Positions 37,001 through 48,655 of a stretch of DNA of 48,655 bases are shown here, in pieces (position 1 is the first letter of the stretch; each line of letters begins with the position of its first letter). The position numbers and the translations under genes are program-made. The stretch is from Malacoraja senta (Eukaryota), in assembly GCA_038087875.1 (NCBI GenBank), contig JAXLNO010000089.1:1-48655 (forward strand), read 5' to 3'. Below the pieces are notes generated by a model that searched no databases, had not been told where the DNA came from, and saw only the letters and a program-made list of their open reading frames with translations.

Positions 37001-40000
37001 CCATCTTTTGCATTTTCAAAGCAAACCACTTTTTTGCAATTTCAAAGCAAACCCTCTTTTGCATTTTCAAAGCAAACCACCTTTTCCATTTTCAAAACAA
37101 ACCATCTACTGCATTTTTAAGGCAAACATTTTTGCATTTTCAAAGGAAACCACCTTTTGCATTTTCAATCCACCTTTTCAATTTTAAAAAGCAAACCATC
37201 TACTGCTTTTTTAAAGCAAACCTTTTAGCATTTTCAAAGCATACCATATTTGCATTTTCAAAGCAAACCACCTTTTACATTTTCAAAGCAAACTACTTTT
37301 TGGCATTTTTATACCAAACCACCTTTTGCATTTTCAAAGCAAACCACCTTTTACATTTTCATTGAAAACCAACATTTGCATTTTTAAAGCAAACCACCTT
37401 TTGCACTTTAATAGCAAACCACCTTTTGCATTTTCAATGCAAACCACCATTTGCATATTAAAACAAAGCCACTTTTTGCATTTATAGAGCAAACGACCAT
37501 TTGCATTTTCAAAGCAAACCTCCTTTTGCATTTTCAAAGCAAACCACCTTTTGCAATTTCAAAACAAACCACCTTTTGCATTTTCGAAGCAAACCACCTT
37601 TAACATTTTCAAAGCAGACCACCTTTTTTTGCATGTTCAAAGCAAACCACACATTTGCAATTTCAAATTAAACCACCTTTTGCATTTTCAAAGCAAACCA
37701 CCTTTTCCATTTTCAAAGCAAACCATCTACTGCATTTTTAAAGCAAACCTTTTTGCATTTTCAAAGGAAACCACCTTTTGCAATTTCAATCCACCTTTTC
37801 CATTTTCAAAGCAAACCATCTACTGCTTTTTTAAAGCAAACCTTTTTGCATTTTCAAAGCATTTCCATTAAAAAGCAGATTTTGCACTTACAATGCAAAT
37901 CAGCAAACCACCTTTTGCATTTTCAAAGCAAACGACCGTTTGCATTTTCAAAGCAAACTACCTTTTGCATTTTCAAAGCAAACCACTTTTTGGCATTTTT
38001 ATACCAAACCACCTTTTGCATTTTCAAAGCAAACCACCTTTTGCATTTTATAAGTAAACCACCTTTTGTATTTTCAAAGCAAACCACCATTTGCATATTA
38101 AAACAAAGCCACTTTTTGCATCTTCAAATTAAAACACGTTTTGTATTTTCAAAGCAAACCACCTTTTGCATTTTCAAAGCAAACCACTTTTTTTTGCAAT
38201 TTCAAAGCAAACAATCTTTTGCATTTTCAAAGCAAACGACCTTCTGCATATTAAAAGCAAACGACCTTTTGCATTTTCAGAGCAAACGACCTTTTGCATT
38301 TTCAAAGCAAACAACGTTATGTATTTTCAAAGCAAACCACCTTTTGCATTTTCAAAGCAAACCACTTTTTTGCAATTTCAAAGCAAACCATCTTTTGCAT
38401 TTTCAAAGCAAACCACCTTTTCTATTTTCAAAGCAAACCATCTACTGCATTTTTAAAGCAAACCTCATTTTGCATTTTCAAAGCAAACCACCTTTTGCAT
38501 TTTCAAAGCAAACCGCTTTTTTGCATGTTCAAAGCAAACCACACATTTGCAATTTCAAATCAAACCACCTTTTGCATTTTCAAAGAAAACCACCTTTTCC
38601 ATTTTCAAAGCAAACCATCTATTGCATTTTTAAAGCAAACGACCTTTTGCATTTTCAAAGGAAACCACATTTTGCATTTTCAATCCACCTTTTCCATTTT
38701 CAAAGCAAACCATCTACTGCTTTTTTTAAAGCAAACCTTTTTGCATTTTGAAAGCATACCATCTTTTGCATTTTCAAAGCAAACCACATTTTGCATTTCC
38801 ATTAAAACGCAGCTTTTGCATTTTCAATGCAAACCAGCAAACCACCTTTTGCATTTTCAAAGCAAACGACCGTTTGCATTTTCAAAGCAAACCACCTTTT
38901 ACATTTTCAAAGCAAACCACATTTTGGCATTTTTATACCAAACCACCTTTTGCATTTTCAAAGCAAACCACCTTTTACATTTTCATTGAAAACCAACATT
39001 TGCATTTTCAAACCAAACCACCTTTTGCATTTTAAAAGCAAACCACTTTTTCATTTTCAAAGCAAACCACCATTTGCATATTAAAACAAAGCCACTTTTT
39101 GCATTTTCAAATCAAACCACGTTTTGTATTTTCAAAGCAAACCACTTTTGCATTTTCAAAGCAAACCACTTTTTTGCAATTTCATAGCAAACAATCTTTT
39201 GCATTTTGAAAGCAAACGACCTTTTGCATATTAAAAGCAAACGACCTTTTGCATTTTCAGAGCAAACGACCTTTTGTATTTTCAAAGCAAACCTCCTTTT
39301 GCATTTTCAAAGGAAACCACCTTTTGCATTTTCAAACCACCTTTTCCATTTTCAAAGCAAACCATCTACTGCTTTTTTAAAGCAAACCTTTTTGAATTTT
39401 CAAAGCAAACCACCTTTTGCATTTTCAAAGGAAACCACCTTTTGCATTTTCAAAGAAAACCACCTTTTCCATTTTCAAAGCAAACCATCTATTGCATTTT
39501 AAAGCAAACCTTTTTGCATTTTCAAAGGAAACCCCATTTTGCATTTTCAATCCACATTTTCCATTTTCAAAGCAAACCATCTACTGCTTTTTTAAAGCAA
39601 ACCTTTTTGCATTTTCAAAGCATACCATCTTTTGCATTTTCAAAGCAAACCACATTTTGCATTTCTATTAAAACGCAGCTTTTGCATTTTCAATGCAAAC
39701 CAGCAAACCACCTTTTGCATTTTCAAAGCAAACGACCGTTTGCATTTTCAAAGCAAACAACCTTTTACATTTTCAAAGCAAACCACATTTTGGCATTTTT
39801 ATACCAAACCACCTTTTGCATTTTCAAAGCAAACCACCTTTAACATTTTCATTGAAAACCAACATTTGCATTTTCAAACCAAACCACCTTTTGCATTTTA
39901 AAAGCAAACCACTTTTTGCATTTTCAAAGCAAACCACCATTTGCATATTAAAACAAAGCCACTTTTTGCATTTTCAAATCAAACCACGTTTTGTATTTTC

Positions 40001-43000
40001 AAAGCAAACCACTTTTGCATTTTCAAAGCAAACCACTTTTTTGCAATTTCAAAGCAAACAATCTTTTGCATTTACAAAGCAAACGACCTTTTGCATATTA
40101 AAAGCAAACGACCTTTTGCATTTTCAGAGCAAACGACCTTTTGTATTTTCAAAGCAAACCTCCTTTTGCATTTTCAAAGGAAACCACCTTTTGCATTTTC
40201 AAACCACCTTTTCCATTATCAAAGCAAACCATCTACTGCTTTTTAAAGCAAACCTTTTTGAATTTACAAAGCAAACCACCTTTTGCATTTTCAAAGCAAA
40301 CCACCTTTTGCATTTTCAAAGCATACCATCTTTTGCATTTTCAAAGCAAACCACCTGTTGCATTTCCATTAAAAAGCAGCTTCTGCATTTTCAATGCAAA
40401 CCAGAAAACCACCCATTGCATTTTCAAAGCAAACGACCTTTTGCATTTTAAAAGCAAACGACCTTTTGTATTTTCAAAGCAAACGACCTTTTGCATTTTC
40501 AAAGCAAACCACCTTTTGCATTTTCAAAGCAAACCATCTACTGCATTTTTAAAGCAAACCATCTACTGCATTTTTAAAGCAAACCTTTTTGCATTTTCAA
40601 AGGAAACCACCTTTTGCATTTTTAAACCACCTTTTCCATTTTCAAAGTAAATCATCTACTGCTTTTTTAAAGCAAACCTTTTTGCATTTTCAAAGCAAAC
40701 CACCTATATCATTTTCAAAGCAAACCACCTTTTGCATTTTCAAAGCACACCACCTTTTACATTTTCAAAGCAAACTCCCTTTTGCATTTTCAAAGCAAAC
40801 CACCTTTTGCATCTTCAAAGCAACCACCTTTTGCTTTTTCAAAGCAAACCACTATTTGCATTTTCAAAACAAACCTTTTGCATTTTCAAAGTGAACCCTT
40901 TGCATTTTCAAAGCAAACCTTTTGATTTTAAAAGCAAACCACCTTTTTTTCATTTTCAAATCAAACCACCTTTTGCGTTTTCAAAGCAAACCACCATATG
41001 CCCTTCAAAGCAAACCGCCTTTTGCATTTTCAAAGTAAACCCTTTGCATTTTGAAAGCAAACCACTTTTTCATTTTCAAAGCAAACCACCATTTGCATTT
41101 TCAAAGCAAACCACCTTTAGCATTTTCAAAGTAAACCACCTTTTGCATTTTCAAAGCAGACCAACTTTTGCATTTTCAAAGCAAACCTCCTTTTGGCGTT
41201 TTTATAGCAAACCACCTTTTGCATTTTAAAAGCAAACCACCTTTTGCATTTTCAAAGCAAACCGCCTTTTGCATCTTCTAAGCAACCACCTTTTGCTTTT
41301 TCAAAGCAAACCAATATTTTCCCTTCAAAGCAAACCACTTTTTGCATTTTCAAAGCAAACCTTTTGCATTTTCAAAGTAAACCCTTTGCATTTCAAAGCA
41401 AACCTTTTGATTTTAAAAGCAAACAACCTTTTTTACATTTTCAAAGAAAACCACCTTTTGCATTTTCAAAGCAAACCACCATTTGCCCTTCAAAGCAAAC
41501 CACTATTTGCATTTTCAAAGCAAACCACCATTTGCATTTTCAAAGCAAACCACCTTTTACATAGTAAAGACAAACAACCTTTTGCATTTTAAAAGCAAAC
41601 CACCATTTCCATATTAAAAGAAAGCCACCTATGGCATTTTCAAAGCAAACCACCTTTTGTATTTTCAAAGCAAACCACCTTTTGCATTTTCAAAGCAAAC
41701 CAGTTTTTTTTGCAATTTCAAAGCAAAGCACCTTCTGTATTTTCAAAGCAAACCACTTTTTCCTTTTTCAAAGCAAACTATCTACTACATTATAAAGCAA
41801 ACCTTTTTGGATTTTCAAAGCAGACCACCTTTTGCATTTTCAAAGCAAACCACCTTTTGCATTTTCAAAGCAAACGACCTTTTTCATTTTCAAAGCAAAC
41901 CACCTTTTGCATTTTCATTGAAAAGCAGCGTTTGCGTTTTCAATGCAAACCAGCAAACCACCTTTTGCATTTTCAAAGCAAATGACCTTTGGAATTTTCA
42001 AAGCAAACGACCTTTTGCATTTTCAAAGCAAACCACCTTTTGCATTTCCAAAGCAAACCACTTTTTGGCATTTTTATACCAAACCACCTTTTGCATTTTC
42101 AAAGCAAACCATTTTTTTGCAATTTAAAAGCAAACCACCTTTTGCATTTTCAAAGCAAACCACCTTTTCAATTTTCAAAGCAAACCATCTTCTGCATTTT
42201 TAAAGCAAACCTTTTTGCATTTTCAAAGCAAACCACCTTTTGCTTTTTCAAAGCAAACCACCTTTTGCTTTTTCAAAGCAAACCACCTTTTGCATTTTCA
42301 AAGCAAATCACGTTTTCCATTTTCAAAGCAAACCACGTTTTGCATTTTCAAAGCAAACCTTTTGGCATTTTCAAAGCAATCCACCTTTTGCATTTTCAAA
42401 GCAAATTACCTTTTCAAAGCAAACCACCTTTTGCAATTTCAAAGAAAACCACCGTTTCCATTTACAAAGCAAACCACCTTTTCCATTTTCAAAGCAAACC
42501 ACCTATAGCATTTTCAAAGCAAACCACATTTTGTATTTTCAAAGCAAACCACCTTTTGTTTTTTCTAAACAAACGACATTTTGCATTTTCAAAGCAAAGC
42601 ACATTTTGCATTTTCAAAGCAAACCGCCTTTTGGCATTTTATAGCAAACCACCTTTTGCATTTTCAAAGCAAACCACCTTTTCCATTTTCAAAGCAAACC
42701 TACTGCATTTTTAAAGCAAACCTTTTTGCATTTTCATAGCAAACCACCTTTTGCATTTTCAAAGCTAATCATCTATAGCATTTTCAAAACAAACCACCTT
42801 TTCCATTTTCAAATCCAAACCACCTTTTGCATTTTTAAAGCAAACCACCATTTGCATATTAAAAGCAAGCCACCTTTTGCATTTTCAAAGCAAACCACTT
42901 ATTCCATTTTCAAAGCAAACCATCTACTACATTTTTAAAACAAACCTTTTTGGATTTTCAAAGCAAACCACCTTTTGCATTTTCAAAGCAAACCACCTTT

Positions 43001-46000
43001 TCCATTTTCAAAGCAAACTATCTACCGCATTTTTAAAGCAAACCACTTTTTGCTATTTCAACGCACACCACATTTTTCATTTTCAAAGCAAACCACCTTT
43101 TGCATTTTCAATGTTAACCAGCAAACCACCTTTTGCATTTTAAAAGCAAGCCACCTTTTGCATTTTCAAAGCAAACCACATTTTTCATTTTCAAAGCAAA
43201 CCACCCTTTGCATTTTCATTGAAAAGCAGCTTTTGCATTTTCAATGCAAACCAGCAAACCACCTTTTGCATTTTCAAAGCAAATGACCTTTAGCATTTTC
43301 AAAGCAAACGACCTTTTGCATTTTCAAAGCAAACCACCGTTTGCATTTCCAAAGCAAACCACTTTTTGGCATTTTTATACCAAACCACCTTTTGCATTTT
43401 CAAAGAAAACCACCTTTTACATTTTCAAAGCAAACCACCATTTGCATTTTCAAAGAAAACCACCGTTATCATTTTAAAAGCAAACCACGTTTTGCATTTT
43501 CAAAGCAAACCACCATTTGTATATTAAAAGGAAGCCACCTTTTGCATTTTTAAAGCAAACCACCTTTTGCATTTTCAAAGCAAACCACATTTTGCATTTT
43601 CAAAGTAAACCACTTTTTTGCAATTTCAAAACAAACCACCTTTTGCATTTTCAAAGCAAACCACCTTTTCCATTTTCAAATCAAACCATCTACTGCATTT
43701 TTAAAGCAAACCTTTTTGCATTTTCAAAGCAAACCACCTTTTGCTTTTTCAAAGCAAACCACCTTTTGCATTTTCAAAGCAAACCACCTTTTCCATTTTC
43801 TAAACAAACGACATTTTACATTTTCAAAGCAAACCACCATTTGTATTTTCAAAGCAAACCACTTTTTGCAATTTCAAAGCAAACCAACTTTTGCATTTTC
43901 AATGAAAACCACCTTTTGCATTTTAAAAGCAAACCACCTTTTCTGTTTCAAAGCAAACCACCTTTTGCCTTTTCAAAGCAACCCACCTTTTGCCTTTTCA
44001 AAGCAAACCACCTTTTGCTTTTTCAAAACAAACCACAATTTGCCCTTCAAACCAAACCACTATTTGCATTTTCAAAGCTAACCTTTTGCATTTTCAACGT
44101 AAACCCTTTGCATTTTCAAAGCAAACCTTTTGCCTTTTCAAAGCAAACCACCATTTGCATTTTCAAAGCAAACCACCTTTTGCATTTTCAAAGCAAACCA
44201 CATTTTGCATTTTCAAAAAAAAACACATTTAGCATTTTCACAGCAAACAATATTTTGCTTTTTCAAAGCAAACCACCTTTTGCATTTTCAAAGCATACCA
44301 TCTTTTCATTTTCAAAGCAAACCACCTTTTGCTTTTTCAAAGCAAACCACCTTTTGCATTTTCAAAGCAAACCACCTTTTGCTTTTTCAAAGCAAACCAC
44401 CGTTTGCATTTTCAAAGCAAATCACGTTTTCCATTTTCAAAGCAAACCACGTTTTGCATTTTCAAAGCAAACCTTTTGGCATTTTCAAAGCAATCCACCT
44501 TTTGCATTTTCAAAGCAAACTACCTTTTCAAAGCAAACCACCTTTTGCAATTTCAAAGAAAACCACCGTTTCCATTTACAAAGCAAACCACCTTTTCCAT
44601 TTTCAAAGCAAACCACCTATAGCATTTTCAAAGCAAACCACATTTTGTATTTTCAAAGCAAACCACCTTTTGTTTTTTCTAAACAAACGACATTTTGCAT
44701 TTTCAAAGCAAAGCACATTTTGCATTTTCAAAGCAAACCGCCTTTTGGCATTTTATAGCAAACCACCTTTTGCATTTTCAAAGCAAACCACCTTTTCCAT
44801 TTTCAAAGCAAACCTACTGCATTTTTAAAGCAAACCTTTTTGCATTTTCATAGCAAACCACCTTTTGCATTTTCAAAGCTAATCATCTATAGCATTTTCA
44901 AAGCAAACCGCCTTTTGGCATTTTATAGCAAACCACCTTTTGCATTTTCAAAGCAAACCACCTTTTCCATTTTCAAAGCAAACCTACTGCATTTTTAAAG
45001 CAAACCTTTTTGCATTTTCATAGCAAACCACCTTTTGCATTTTCAAATCCAAACCACCTTTTGCATTTTTAAAGCAAACCACCATTTGCATATTAAAAGC
45101 AAGCCACCTTTTGCATTTTCAAAGCAAACCACCTTTTGCATTTTCAAATCAAACGACTTTTTTTTGCAATTTCAAAACAAACCACCTTTTGCATTTTCAA
45201 AGCAAACCACTTATTCCATTTTCAAAGCAAACCATCTACTACATTTTTAAAACAAACCTTTTTGGATTTTCAAAGCAAACCACCTTTTACATTTTCAAAG
45301 CAAACCACCTTTTCCATTTTCAAAGCAAACTATCTACCGCATTTTTAAAGCAAACCACTTTTTGCTATTTCAACGCACACCACATTTTGCATTTTCAAAG
45401 CAAACCACCTTTTGCATTTTCAATGTTAACCAGCAAACCACCTTTTGCATTTTAAAACCAAGCCACCTTTTGCATTTTCAAAGCAAACCACATTTTTCAT
45501 TTTCAAAGCAAACCACCCTTTGCATTTTCATTGAAAAGCAGCTTTTGCATTTTCAATGCAAACCAGCAAACCACCTTTTGCATTTTCAAAGCAAATGACC
45601 TTTAGCATTTTCAAAGCAAACGACCTTTTGCATTTTCAAAGCAAACCACCGTTTGCATTTCCAAAGCAAACCACTTTTTGGCATTTTTATACCAAACCAC
45701 CTATTGAATTTTCAAAGAAAACCACCTTTTACATTTTCAAAGCAAACCACCATTTGCATTTTCAAAGAAAACCACCGTTATCATTTTAAAAGCAAACCAC
45801 GTTTTGCATTTTCAAAGCAAACCACCATTTGTATATTAAAAGGAAGCCACCTTTTGCATTTTTAAAGCAAACCACCTTTTGCATTTTCAAAGCAAACCAC
45901 ATTTTGCATTTTCAAAGTAAACCACTTTTTTGCAACTTCAAAACAAACCACCTTTTGCATTTTCAAAGCAAACCACCTTTTCCATTTTCAAATCAAACCA

Positions 46001-48273
46001 TCTACTGCATTTTTAAAGCAAACCTTTTTGCATTTTCAAAGCAAACCACCTTTTGCTTTTTCAAAGCAAACCACCTTTTGCATTTTCAAAGCAAACCACC
46101 TTTTCCATTTTCTAAACAAACGACATTTTACATTTTCAAAGCAAACCACCATTTGTATTTTCAAAGCAAACCACTTTTTGCAATTTCAAAGCAAACCAAC
46201 TTTTGCATTTTCAATGAAAACCACCTTTTGCATTTTAAAAGCAAACCACCTTTTCTGTTTCAAAGCAAACCACCTTTTGCCTTTTCAAAGCAACCCACCT
46301 TTTGCCTTTTCAAAGCAAACCACCTTTTGCTTTTTCAAAACAAACCACAATTTGCCCTTCAAACCAAACCACTATTTGCATTTTCAAAGCTAACCTTTTG
46401 CATTTTCAACGTAAACCCTTTGCATTTTCAAAGCAAACCTTTTGCCTTTTCAAAGCAAACCACCATTTGCATTTTCAAAGCAAACCACCTTTTGCATTTT
46501 CAAAGCAAACCACATTTTGCATTTAAAAAAAAAAACACATTTAGCATTTTCACAGCAAACAATATTTTGCTTTTTCAAAGCAAACCACCTTTTGCATTTT
46601 CAAAGCATACCATCTTTTCATTTTCAAAGCAAACCACCTTTTGCATTTCCATTAAAAAGCAGCTTTTACATTTTCAATGCAAACCAGCAAACCACCTTTT
46701 GCATTTTCAAAGCAAACCACCTTTTGCATTTTCAAAGCAAACTACCTTTTCAAAGCAAACCACCTTTTGCAATTTCAAAGAAAACCACTTTTTGCATGTT
46801 CAAAGCAAACCACCTATAGCATTTTCAAAGCAAACCACATTTTGTATTTTCAAAGCAAACCTCCTTTTCCATTTTGAAAGCAAACCACTTTTTTCCATTT
46901 TCAAAGCAAACCTACTGCATTTTTAAAGCAAACCTTTTTGCATTTTCATAGCAAACCACCTTTTGCATTTTCAAACTAACCATCTATAGCATTTTCAAAA
47001 CAAACCACCTTTTGCATTTTCAATGCAAACCAGCAAACCAACTTTTGCATTTTCAAAGCAAACCACCTTTTGCAGTTTCAAAGCAAACTACCTTTTCCAT
47101 TTTCAAAGCAAACCATCTACTGCCTTTTTAAAGCAAACCACCTTTTTCATTTTCAACGCACTCCACATTTTGCATTTTCAAAGCAATGAACCTTTTGCAT
47201 TTTCAATACAAACCAGCAAACCACCTTTTGCATTTTTAAAGCAAACCACCTTTTGCATTTTCAAAGGAAACCACCTTTTGCATTTTCAAAGCAAATCACC
47301 TTTTGCATTTTCAAAGCAAACCACCATTTGCCCTTCAAAGCAAACCACTATTTTCATTTTCAAAGCAAACCTTTTGCATTTTCAAAGTAAACCTTTTGCA
47401 TTTCCAAAGTAAACCCTTTGTATTTTCAAAGCAAACCTTTTGATTTTAAAAGCAAACCACCTTTTTTCATTTTCAAAGCAAACCACCTTTTGCATTTTCA
47501 ATGCAAACCAGCAAACCAAATTTTGCATTTTCAAAGCAAACCACCTTTTCCATTTTCTAAACAAACGACATTTTACATTTTCAAAGCAAAGCACATTTTG
47601 CATTTTCAAAGCAAACCGCCTTTTGGCATTTTATAGCAAACCACCTTTTGCATTTTCAAAGCAAACCACCATTTGCATTTTCAAAGCAAACCACTTTTTG
47701 CAATTTCAAAGCAAACCACCTTTTGCCTTTTCAAAGCATACCACCTTTTGCCTTTTCAAAGCAAACCACCTTTTGCTTTTTCAAAGCAAACCACTATTTG
47801 CATTTTCAAAGCTAACCTTTTGCATTTTCAACCTAACCCTTTGCATTTTCAAAGCAAACCTTTTGCATTTTCAAAGCAAACCACCTTTTGCATTTTCAAA
47901 GCATACCATCTTTTCATTTTCAAAGCAAACCACCTTTTGCATTTCCATTAAAAAGCAGCTTTTGCATTTTCTATGCAAACCAGCAAACCACCTTTTGCAT
48001 TTTCAAAGCAAACCACCTTTTACATTTTCAAAGCAAACCACCATTTGCATTTTCAAAGCAAACCACCTTTTGCATTTTCAAGGTAAACCACCTTTTGCAT
48101 TTTCAAAGCAAACCACCATTTGCATATTAAAAGCAAGCCACCTTTTGCATTTTCAAACCAAACCTTTTGCATTTCCAAACCAGACCACCATTTGCATTTT
48201 CAAACCAAACCACCATTTGCGTTTTCAAAGCACACCTTTTGCATTTTCAAAGCAAACCTTTTGCAGTTTCAAA
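13056..48273. repeat. ~35-kb 25-bp satellite array (on the order of 1400 monomers, single orientation)
   Basis: Continuous GCATTTTCAAAGCAAACCACCTTTT variants with no foreign insertion or inversion seen. Confidence 0.98.
14899..21971. repeat. Higher-order repeat: 3 x 2357 bp, near-identical
   Basis: Landmark CACATTTTGAAT at 14899, 17256 and 19613. ORF-track entries repeat at exactly +2357 (e.g. 16117, 18474, 20831). Confidence 0.93.
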
Positions 48274-48274
48274 C

Positions 48275-48502
48275 TGAAGTGGGCGCATGTGCGCAGGTGC
48301 GGGGCTCTTCTAGAGTGTGCGCATGTGCAAGACTTTTCCAGAGTGTGCGCATGTGCGAGGTATTTCGTGCGGGAAAGGCCTGCGGAATCAGCCATGTTTG
48401 CCAAACGTTTCTGAGTTTATGTATTAAAGAAATAAGTTGCTTAAAGCTTAAATAAAGTTAAGTAAATTTTGAGTAGTGAAAAGTTTCATTTGCCTCGCAA
48501 CA
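48275..48502 (+). mobile_element. Probable LTR (possibly truncated) of a Gypsy-type retrotransposon
   Basis: Three GCGCATGTGC motifs (48283, 48319, 48347), AATAAA at 48451, candidate end CAACA at 48502, immediately upstream of a gag-like ORF. No clear PBS; boundaries tentative. Confidence 0.4.
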
Positions 48503-48536
48503 ATATAAGCAACTTATCTTAGCAGTCCGACTTGGG

Positions 48537-48655
48537 ATGGAGAAACTATTGAAACCACAACGCTTGGATCTGGATCCCAACTCACCTGCTACTGCAAAGG
48601 AATGGAAGCACTGGCTTCGTATATTAAATAACTTCTTTGATGAGTGTGGCAATGA
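48537..48655 (+). CDS. N-terminus of a Gypsy-type LTR retrotransposon Gag-like ORF (runs off window)
   Basis: ATG 48537: MEKLLKPQRLDLDPNSPATAKEWKHWLRILNNFFDECGN. Resembles the MxKxLxPxRLDxDPxS..A.KEW.HW...F.NF N-terminus recalled from metazoan Gypsy Gag proteins. Not in the supplied ORF track. Confidence 0.65.
   Translation, partial: MEKLLKPQRLDLDPNSPATAKEWKHWLRILNNFFDECGN

Noticed and set aside
8327..48273. CRISPR-like array (short repeat with partial dyad)
   Set aside because: No unique spacers, monomers abut directly, no cas genes, and the context is eukaryotic.
8291..48414. Hundreds of overlapping plus-strand ORFs (FSKQTTFCIFKANHLLHFQSKPPFA repeats, up to 430 aa)
   Set aside because: The 25-bp monomer has no stop codon in any plus-strand frame and cycles through all three frames every 75 bp; these are translation artefacts of satellite DNA.
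48458..48652. 64-aa minus-strand ORF
   Set aside because: Antisense shadow of the plus-strand gag-like frame, with no recognisable motif.

Overview
Eukaryotic genomic DNA, most likely a cartilaginous fish such as a skate or ray (inferred from the GPCR family and the repeat types). 1-5.6 kb holds a two-exon GPR139/GPR142-like class A GPCR gene on the minus strand (exon 1 3955-3880, exon 2 1517-613). It is broken only by three single-base deletions. Its intron carries CR1 LINE 3' fragments and two Penelope-like fold-back insertions, each with a minimal hammerhead ribozyme core; one has a perfect 15-bp target-site duplication. 5.6-8.3 kb looks like a non-autonomous Helitron on the minus strand (hairpin + CTAG|T end at 5628) packed with mini- and microsatellites. 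Its ~0.8-kb distal block is repeated twice more head-to-tail. Each copy leads through 29-bp units into a 25-bp satellite (GCATTTTCAAAGCAAACCACCTTTT), which finally expands into a ~35-kb array (13056-48273). The array has nested higher-order structure: a near-identical 3 x 2357-bp unit and a ~11.5-kb tandem duplication. The window ends in the probable LTR and gag start of a Gypsy-type retrotransposon. The many ORFs predicted in the satellite are repeat artefacts. All family assignments come from motif recognition, not database searches.
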